NCBI GenBank assembly: GCA_017480095.1
Contig: JAFVBG010000002.1
Location: 3,728 to 67,727, forward strand
Direction of reading: 5' to 3'
DNA: 64,000 nt
Source of the DNA: Candidatus Saccharimonadota bacterium
GTDB taxonomy: Bacteria > Patescibacteriota > Saccharimonadia > Saccharimonadales > Saccharimonadaceae
Of this stretch, positions 57,465 through 64,000 are shown piece by piece (the first letter of the stretch is position 1; every line of letters begins with the position of its first letter). Position numbers and translations under genes: made by a program. The notes below the pieces were generated by a model. That model saw only the letters and a program-made list of their open reading frames with translations. It had not been told where the DNA came from and did not search any database.

Positions 57465-58886
57465 TTAACCCTTCGGAAACAGTGGTACTTCTGGTGGGAG
57501 GATTTTTTCAGCAGTGAAAATGGAGAGAATCTTAGCAGAAGTATCCGGCAGGAATGGTGCAATCAAAGCATTAGCTGCTAGAAGCTGCTCGACTAACTCT
57601 TTGAGGACTTTTTCTAGCTTCTCTTGGTCACCCTCTTTTGCAATCATCCAAGGCTTTGTTCCATCAATCGCTTTGTTTACATCCTGGACTTTACTCCATG
57701 CTACATCGAAAGCACGCGAGGAGTAAAACTCATCCATCAACTTTTTGTATTCTGCATCCAGCTTCGGTGTTTCAAACTTGATACCAGAGAGGTCGGCTTT
57801 TTTGCACAGTGTAGCAAGACGTTGCACGAGGTTGCCTAAGTCATTCGCCAACTCACCAGCGTAAGCGCGTTCAAAATCGTCCCAGGTAAAATCTGAGTCG
57901 AGAAAAGTATCGCAGTGTCGCAGGAAATAATAGCGAAAAGCAGTCAGACCGTGCCTTTCAACCACTTCAAGTGGGTCAACCACATTACCTATACTCTTGC
58001 TCATCTTTGCGCCATTTGCCAAAATGTGACCATGAGAGTGTAAAACTTTTGGCAGAGGTAAACCTAATCCGAGTAAGATTGCCGGCCAGATGATAGCATG
58101 GAAACGTAAAATATCCTTACCAACAAACTGTACCTCAGCCGGCCAGAAATCGGAAATGTCTTGTTCTGGATAACCTAAAACCGTGATGTAATTTGCCAAA
58201 GCGTCCACCCAAACGTACATCACCTGAGATGGATCATCTGGAACTGGCACACCCCAAGAAAGATGCTCGGTCGGGCGAGAAATTGAAACATCTGGAGTAT
58301 CTTCCAATAATTTCAAAACTTCATTCTTGCGAAAATCTGGCAAAACCAACATTTCCCCGCTCTCGATTTTTTGAGCGATTTCAGCCTTAAAATCTGAGAT
58401 GCGAAGGTAATAATTCTCCTCCTCCAGCTTCTCGTATGGTTTCTGATGGTCTGGACAAATTCCGCCGTTTTCTTCAACTTCCTTCTCAGTGATAAAACGT
58501 TCACAACCTTCACAGTACCAACCTTCGTAGCTGTTTTTATAAATATGGGCGCTCAGACGGCGCCAAATCTCCTGGCAGCGACGCACATGCTCTTTATCAG
58601 AGGTGCGAATGAAGTCTGTGTTCTCTACGCCAAGCTTCTTGATGAAATCCTGAAATTTCCGAGCATTCGTATCGACGTATTCCTGGACTGGAACATTCAG
58701 CTCCTTCGCCTTCTTAAAAATTTTGTTACCGTGTTCATCAGTACCAGCTTGAAAGCGTACATTATTGCCAAGTGATTTTTGGTAGCGCGCATAAGTATCT
58801 GCCAAAAGATAATCCATAGCATGCCCAATGTGCGGAGCACCATTAACATACGGAATAGCAGTGGTCAGATACACATTTTTACTCAT
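57465..58886 (-). CDS. metG: Methionine--tRNA ligase
   Basis: YVNGAPHIGH, GTDEHG, KMSKS; start MSKNVYLTT at 58886. Confidence 0.97.
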   Translation of the reverse strand: MSKNVYLTTAIPYVNGAPHIGHAMDYLLADTYARYQKSLGNNVRFQAGTDEHGNKIFKKAKELNVPVQEYVDTNARKFQDFIKKLGVENTDFIRTSDKEHVRRCQEIWRRLSAHIYKNSYEGWYCEGCERFITEKEVEENGGICPDHQKPYEKLEEENYYLRISDFKAEIAQKIESGEMLVLPDFRKNEVLKLLEDTPDVSISRPTEHLSWGVPVPDDPSQVMYVWVDALANYITVLGYPEQDISDFWPAEVQFVGKDILRFHAIIWPAILLGLGLPLPKVLHSHGHILANGAKMSKSIGNVVDPLEVVERHGLTAFRYYFLRHCDTFLDSDFTWDDFERAYAGELANDLGNLVQRLATLCKKADLSGIKFETPKLDAEYKKLMDEFYSSRAFDVAWSKVQDVNKAIDGTKPWMIAKEGDQEKLEKVLKELVEQLLAANALIAPFLPDTSAKILSIFTAEKILPPEVPLFPKG

Positions 58887-58964
58887 AATATATATTATAT
58901 ACCATAAAATCAGAGGTTTTTCAAGAAAAATGCCAGTCCAATAAGTGACCAGCTTTTTCAAGTT

Positions 58965-59195
58965 TTACCACAAAATCATCATGGTGAGCGAGGCGCCAGC
59001 GAGGATAATTAAAATAGCCCAAATCCAGGCATGATTACCAGTTTTCTTTAAGTCTTTAACATAGTCAGAATCTTCCACGCCGTCTGGATCATCACCAAGA
59101 TTCGCCGTCTTAGAAGCACGAGCGCGAAGATCGGCAGAAATGCGTTCATTTAGTTTTGAGTTGAATTCGGTATCTTTCGTGACGAGTACGCCCAT
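58965..59195 (-). CDS. Small C-terminally anchored membrane protein
   Basis: GGAGG RBS; C-terminal TM. Confidence 0.65.
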   Translation of the reverse strand: MGVLVTKDTEFNSKLNERISADLRARASKTANLGDDPDGVEDSDYVKDLKKTGNHAWIWAILIILAGASLTMMILW

Positions 59196-59316
59196 GAACC
59201 TCCTTATATTACGTTTATTCTATTATAACATAGAAAAATTAGTTTTATAGCTTTTCTCTTGCACAAATAGCATAATCGTGGTATCATAAACCTAATAATT
59301 ATTATTAAGGAGGTTT

Positions 59317-60279
59317 ATGGCAAAAAATAAATCTAAGAAGGGCGCAAAAAAGACGTCCAAGCCAGCTGAGCCACAGGTGAAGACCGAGAAAATCGAGAAA
59401 GTCGAAGCCGTCAAAACCGAAGAGGTAAAAGCTGAAAAGGAGGAAAAAGTCACGACGGTGATTGCCTCTGAAGGCAAAAAATGTGGCAACCCATTCAAAG
59501 GGTTCTTTGCCGCAAAACACGATAAGTCTGAGAACATTCTTACCGTATTCAAGACTCCACGTATCTGGGGTGCAGTGATTGGTGAAGTCATTGGCACGAT
59601 GATGCTTTCGATGTTCTTCTTGGCAGTTGGTTTGTATCAGCCACTATACTTAGTTTTCGCAATGCTCGCTGCAACTGCGATTACTTATAAACTCTCTGGT
59701 GCACATCTCAACCCAGCGATTACCGTTGGTATGATGGCGTCTCGTCGCATCTCTGCTATCCGTGGCGTACTTTACATCCTCGCTCAGGTGCTTGGCGCCT
59801 GGCTTGGTTTGCTAATCTTGAATGCCTTCATCTCTGCGGGTGGTGCTGCAACCGAACTTCCAAAGATGACTGAGGTTGCCTCTGAAGATTTCTGGGTGGT
59901 ATCAATGGTCGAGTTCTTCGGCGCCGCTCTGCTCGGTTATGTCTTCTGCCGTGCACAAGATTACAAGAAGAATCCACTCGCTATCGCCGCCATCATCGGC
60001 ACTGGCGCATGTATGGTTTATCTCTTCGTAGTCTTGATTTCTTCAAGCTTCCTGGGCTTGCAGAATAACTTCATGATTAATCCAGCTATTGCTCTGATGT
60101 ATCAAATCCTCCCAACTGGCGGTGAGAACTTTGGCGAGCTCTTTGGTCAGACCATGCTTGCACTTTGCACTTACTGCATCTTCCCAATGGTTGGCGCGGT
60201 AATCGGTTTTACCTTCTCTGACATCGCTAAGAAGCTCGTTGGCGAATGTTGTTGCGAGGATTGCTGCTGCAAGAAGTAA
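59317..60279 (+). CDS. MIP/aquaporin family channel
   Basis: GAHLNPAIT and INPAIA motifs; six TM; basic N-terminal tail; Cys-rich C-terminus. Confidence 0.88.
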   Translation: MAKNKSKKGAKKTSKPAEPQVKTEKIEKVEAVKTEEVKAEKEEKVTTVIASEGKKCGNPFKGFFAAKHDKSENILTVFKTPRIWGAVIGEVIGTMMLSMFFLAVGLYQPLYLVFAMLAATAITYKLSGAHLNPAITVGMMASRRISAIRGVLYILAQVLGAWLGLLILNAFISAGGAATELPKMTEVASEDFWVVSMVEFFGAALLGYVFCRAQDYKKNPLAIAAIIGTGACMVYLFVVLISSSFLGLQNNFMINPAIALMYQILPTGGENFGELFGQTMLALCTYCIFPMVGAVIGFTFSDIAKKLVGECCCEDCCCKK

Positions 60280-60510
60280 GGGATAAAACAGCAAATATTT
60301 CAAAGATGGTGAACCCACTTTGTAAAAAATTACAACACCAGTTCGGTGTTGTAATTTTTACGTGAGGTTCAGCCTAGTGAAAATTCTAGTTATTAACTAG
60401 AATTTTCACGTCTATTCTTTGAAATATTTCTGTTTTATCCTTCTTCATGGTGGCACTCCTTGGCAAAAAGCCAAACTAGAATCCCACCATCTTTGAGATA
60501 TTGTTATCTT
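60278..60510. repeat. Branched nested inverted-repeat element between the MIP gene and pheS
   Basis: Outer IR 60278-60306/60416-60442; two perfect 15-bp hairpins (60325-60359, 60377-60409); alternative partner 60485-60501. Confidence 0.8.
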
Positions 60511-60599
60511 ACTTCTCTCATAGTATTCTTTGGAATAGTATTGTTTTATTCCTTTATACGGTAGCAATCTCTGTAATAATATGGTATAATTAGCTTGTT

Positions 60600-61550
60600 A
60601 TGCCAGAGAAAATTGAAGAGATTAGACAGCAAATTAAGGCATTAAATGCTGAATATGCCAAAATCAAAACTTTACCAGTCGAGGAACGCAAGGCTTTTGG
60701 TCAAAAGATTAACCATCAACGCCAAGCTTTAGAGCAGCAACTATTAGCTGCGGAAGCTGAGGCAGAGGACGCCGCAGTAGAGCCAATCGACATCACTGCG
60801 CCAGGCGCCGCTAATAAAGCTTTGCCAAAAATCAAGCGTGGCTCAAAACATCCTTTGATGACCGAGCTTTCTCGCCTGTTAGACATCTATTCGCGCATGG
60901 GCTTTGACATTATCGAAGCCAGACAGCTTGATGATGAGTTCCACATGTTTGAATCTCTCAATTTCCCTGAAGGTCATCCAGCACGCGATGGTTATGATAC
61001 TTTTCGCACGGAGGAGGGTTTTATCCCGCCAGCCCACACCTCGACCATGCAATATCGTGCCCTTACTCGTTTCAAGTCTAATCTAGACAAGGGTGGACAA
61101 ATCGCCGTAGTGATTCCTGGTCGCGTCTTCCGTAATGAGGATGTAGATGCGACGCATGAGCACACTTTTTATCAGTGCGAAGGTGTATTCGTCTCAAAAG
61201 ACGCTAACATGGGACAGATGCTCGGAGTTCTAAAACAAGTATTTGAAGTCTATTATGGGCAGGAATTAAACATTAAGACTCAGCCGGGATATTTCCCTTT
61301 TACTGAGCCTTCGGTAGAGATGCTAATTGAGAAGCCAAAGGCGCTGGGTGGCAAAGGTGACGGTTGGCTAGAGATGCTAGGCATGGGGATGATTCATCCG
61401 AATGTCTTGAAGACTGCGGGAATCGACCCGACCGAATATCGCGGGTTTGCTTGGGGTGGTGGTATCGACCGCCTAGCGATGCTAAAACATCAGCTGACCG
61501 ACGTGCGCTACTTTGAAAGTGGTAAATTAGAGTTTTTGGAGAAGTTTTAG
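60600..61550 (+). CDS. pheS: Phenylalanine--tRNA ligase alpha subunit (short N-terminus)
   Basis: FESLNFPEGHPARD, HTSTMQ, YFPFTEPS, GGGIDRLAML. Confidence 0.97.
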   Translation: MPEKIEEIRQQIKALNAEYAKIKTLPVEERKAFGQKINHQRQALEQQLLAAEAEAEDAAVEPIDITAPGAANKALPKIKRGSKHPLMTELSRLLDIYSRMGFDIIEARQLDDEFHMFESLNFPEGHPARDGYDTFRTEEGFIPPAHTSTMQYRALTRFKSNLDKGGQIAVVIPGRVFRNEDVDATHEHTFYQCEGVFVSKDANMGQMLGVLKQVFEVYYGQELNIKTQPGYFPFTEPSVEMLIEKPKALGGKGDGWLEMLGMGMIHPNVLKTAGIDPTEYRGFAWGGGIDRLAMLKHQLTDVRYFESGKLEFLEKF

Positions 61551-61601
61551 GGTAATCTTCTTTTTATAATAAGTAGTATAGAAAAGTCAAGAGGAAGAGC
61601 G

Positions 61602-64000
61602 ATGAGAATATCATTAAACGAAATTAAGAAGCTGGTACCAGCCGCAACAAAAGTCGAGACAAGCGAGCTAATCAAGCTAATCGGTGCAAGGCTAGTTGAG
61701 GTCGAGGGTAGTTTTGATTGGGGAGAAAAATACAAAAACATCTTCGTCGTAAAAGTGCTTTCAGCGGAGGCAATCCCAGAAACGCATTTGCATCTTTGCC
61801 AGATTGATGCTGGTAGCGAGCCAGTCCAGGTAGTCTGTGGCGCACCAAACGTACATGAAGGGATGCTGGCGGCTTGGATTAAGCCGGGGGCGATTGTGCC
61901 GGCGACTTATGACACAGCGGAGCCATTTGAAATTGGCGCTCGGAAGCTCCGTGGCTATGATAGTAATGGCATGCTTGCTGCGGCAGACGAACTCGATCTC
62001 GGTGACGATCACGCGGGAATCATTGAGATTAACCCAGAAATGGTGACTGACGACGGCAGGCAAGTTGCGCCAGGCATGACTTTAGCTGAAGCTTTTGGTC
62101 TTGATGATATTATCCTCGACATCGAAAACAAATCATTGACACACCGCCCAGATTGTTTCGGGTTAATCGGCTTTGCGCGTGAGGTGGCGGGTATCTTGGG
62201 CGAAAAATTTGAAGAGCCAACCATCTTCGAGATGCTAAAGAGAGTTGAAAATGGCGACACTGATTCTGGAGTCTTAGCCGAGACTGGCACGCTCGACATC
62301 CAGATTACCGACCAGACGCTCTGCCCACGCTATTCTGCGGCCGTTTTTGAGTTTAACGACGTGCCAAAATCCTCAAAATATTTCACCAAGACTGCCGTCT
62401 TCTTGGCCAAGGCAGGGATGAGAGCAATTTCACCAATCGTAGATTTGACCAACGTCTTAATGCTCGAAACAGGTCAGCCACTACACGCTTTTGATTATGA
62501 TAAGTTCAAGATTGTGGGCGGCGGCGAAGCCAGAATCATTGTACGTACCGCCAGAAAGGGCGAAGAATTGACGCTGCTGGATGGTAAAGTGGTCAAGCTG
62601 AACGAAAACGATATTTTAATCACTTCTAATGACCGTCCAGTCGCACTAGCTGGCGCAATGGGTGGCGCAAATACCGAAATAGACGATACGACTAAGAAAA
62701 TCATTCTTGAGTCGGCGACTTTCTCACTCTATAATCTACGCAAGACTCAGATGGCGCATGGTATTTTCTCGGAGGCGATTACTCGCTTCACTAAGGGGCA
62801 ACCTGCCAGCCTAACCCTGCCAGTATTGACGGAAGCGGCAAAACGTTTGAGCCTCACTCCAGTCGAGGTGGCAGATTGCCGACCAACCGCAAAGGCCATG
62901 GCGCCAATCAATCTCACTACTGCGCAAGTAAACAATATCCTCGGCACACAATATAGTATTGACGAGATGACTCGGACGCTAGAGAACGTCGGATTTACCG
63001 TAAAAACTGACGGCGATAATCTTTCCGTCTCAGTTCCAGCCTGGCGTACGGATGTCCATATCCCTGAAGATGTGGTCGAGGAAATTGGACGTTTGCTAGG
63101 CTATGACAATATCCCGCTCCAGTTGCCGATGCGACCATTTACCGGCGCAAAACAAGACAATCTCTTAACTCTCAAAAATAATCTCCGGGATATTTTGTCG
63201 GATCGGCTCAATATGAACGAAGTCTTGACTTATTCCTTCGTAAGTAGTAAGTTACAAGAAATAGTAGGGGAAGATCCAAAAGATTCTTATGCTATCGTGA
63301 ACTCAATCTCACCTGAATTGCAACGTTTCCGCCAGACAATCGCGCCGTCTCTACTCGACAAGATGCACGATAATCTGAAAACTGGGTTCTCGGACTTTGC
63401 ACTATACGAAATCAATCAGATTACAAGACATTCGCTCGGCCTAAACACCGAGAATGTACCAGAGATGAAAACTCATCTTGCGGTAGCGATGGTGGGTGAC
63501 TTCTACGATGCGAAGAATATCTTCAACAACATGATGATGGAATTAGGCCTCGCCAGGCCAGAGTATCATACGGCAGAGGATACGCCAGCCTATTACGAGA
63601 AATCTCATTCAGCAATAGCCAAAGCTGGCGACGCCACGCTCGGCGTAGTGGGCGAAGTAAAAGGTCGCGTCCTGCGTGCGCTGAAGATTGAAGTGCCAGT
63701 CGCGATTTTTGAGATTGACCTTGAAGAGCTATTAAAAGCGCCAGTAAGAGCAGTGGTTTCACTCAAACTCTCGAAGTTCCCTACCGTCTCGCGCGACTTG
63801 ACCGTCCAGGTCAAAGCCGAGCAAGAGTTTAGCGCAATCCAAGAGACGATTGAGAATGGGCTTATCGAACTAATCGCAACCGTCGAGCCAGTATCCATCT
63901 ACCAGAAAGAATCTGAGACGAAGAATCTTTCTTTCCACCTCAGCTTTTCTCACCCGGAGAAGACCTTGAACTCAGAAGAAATCTCTGATATAATGGTGAA
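61602..64000 (+). CDS. pheT: Phenylalanine--tRNA ligase beta subunit (runs off the window end)
   Basis: Own translation from ATG 61602: MRISLNEIKKLV...VVCGAPNV...LTHRPDCFG...GQPLHAFDYD...SKFPTVSRDL; open to 64000, so missing from the ORF track. Confidence 0.96.
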   Translation, partial: MRISLNEIKKLVPAATKVETSELIKLIGARLVEVEGSFDWGEKYKNIFVVKVLSAEAIPETHLHLCQIDAGSEPVQVVCGAPNVHEGMLAAWIKPGAIVPATYDTAEPFEIGARKLRGYDSNGMLAAADELDLGDDHAGIIEINPEMVTDDGRQVAPGMTLAEAFGLDDIILDIENKSLTHRPDCFGLIGFAREVAGILGEKFEEPTIFEMLKRVENGDTDSGVLAETGTLDIQITDQTLCPRYSAAVFEFNDVPKSSKYFTKTAVFLAKAGMRAISPIVDLTNVLMLETGQPLHAFDYDKFKIVGGGEARIIVRTARKGEELTLLDGKVVKLNENDILITSNDRPVALAGAMGGANTEIDDTTKKIILESATFSLYNLRKTQMAHGIFSEAITRFTKGQPASLTLPVLTEAAKRLSLTPVEVADCRPTAKAMAPINLTTAQVNNILGTQYSIDEMTRTLENVGFTVKTDGDNLSVSVPAWRTDVHIPEDVVEEIGRLLGYDNIPLQLPMRPFTGAKQDNLLTLKNNLRDILSDRLNMNEVLTYSFVSSKLQEIVGEDPKDSYAIVNSISPELQRFRQTIAPSLLDKMHDNLKTGFSDFALYEINQITRHSLGLNTENVPEMKTHLAVAMVGDFYDAKNIFNNMMMELGLARPEYHTAEDTPAYYEKSHSAIAKAGDATLGVVGEVKGRVLRALKIEVPVAIFEIDLEELLKAPVRAVVSLKLSKFPTVSRDLTVQVKAEQEFSAIQETIENGLIELIATVEPVSIYQKESETKNLSFHLSFSHPEKTLNSEEISDIMV

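Noticed and set aside
49180-57465. att-site direct repeats flanking the TA-CRISPR block
   Set aside because: None found by eye and no integrase in the window; not excluded without alignment.
60445-60460. T-box-like GGTGGCAC upstream of pheS
   Set aside because: No specifier stem or antiterminator/terminator pair is evident, and a TGGTATAAT promoter about 10 nt before the pheS ATG lies downstream of it.

Overview
Chromosomal segment of a small-genome bacterium, most likely Candidatus Saccharibacteria (CPR). This is an inference from the CPR-type VirB2/TrbC-like pilin, minimal TsaB and short PheS/YchF/DnaJ. Standard genetic code. The housekeeping backbone comprises uvrA, tsaE/B, ychF, comEC, pcrA, ackA, dnaJ, rimK, rsmA, tyrS, metG, pheS/T and tRNA-His/Gly/Arg. 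Accessory blocks interrupt it: (1) 1-12.4 kb, a type I RM hsdM/hsdS locus with Fic and DpnD followed by a belt of decaying genes; (2) 17-23.5 kb, surface/secreted repeat proteins, including a two-gene cassette bracketed by a 28-bp inverted repeat and preceded by a highly structured 300-nt leader; (3) 25.5-29.7 kb, a pilin-C39 peptidase operon; (4) 49.3-57.4 kb, a HepT/MntA toxin-antitoxin plus a complete type II-A CRISPR-Cas9 locus (14 repeats, csn2, cas2, cas1, cas9, tracrRNA). Best leads: a stand-alone NrdD glycyl-radical-tail protein under tandem NrdR boxes (candidate class III RNR 'spare part'); a three-TRD hsdS with a slippage tract at each TRD junction; the IR-bracketed cassette with a riboswitch-like leader; a pilin-C39 fusion; a palindromic in-frame insertion in pcrA; and a branched palindrome before pheS. 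No database searches or folding computations were run; family calls come from recognised motifs.
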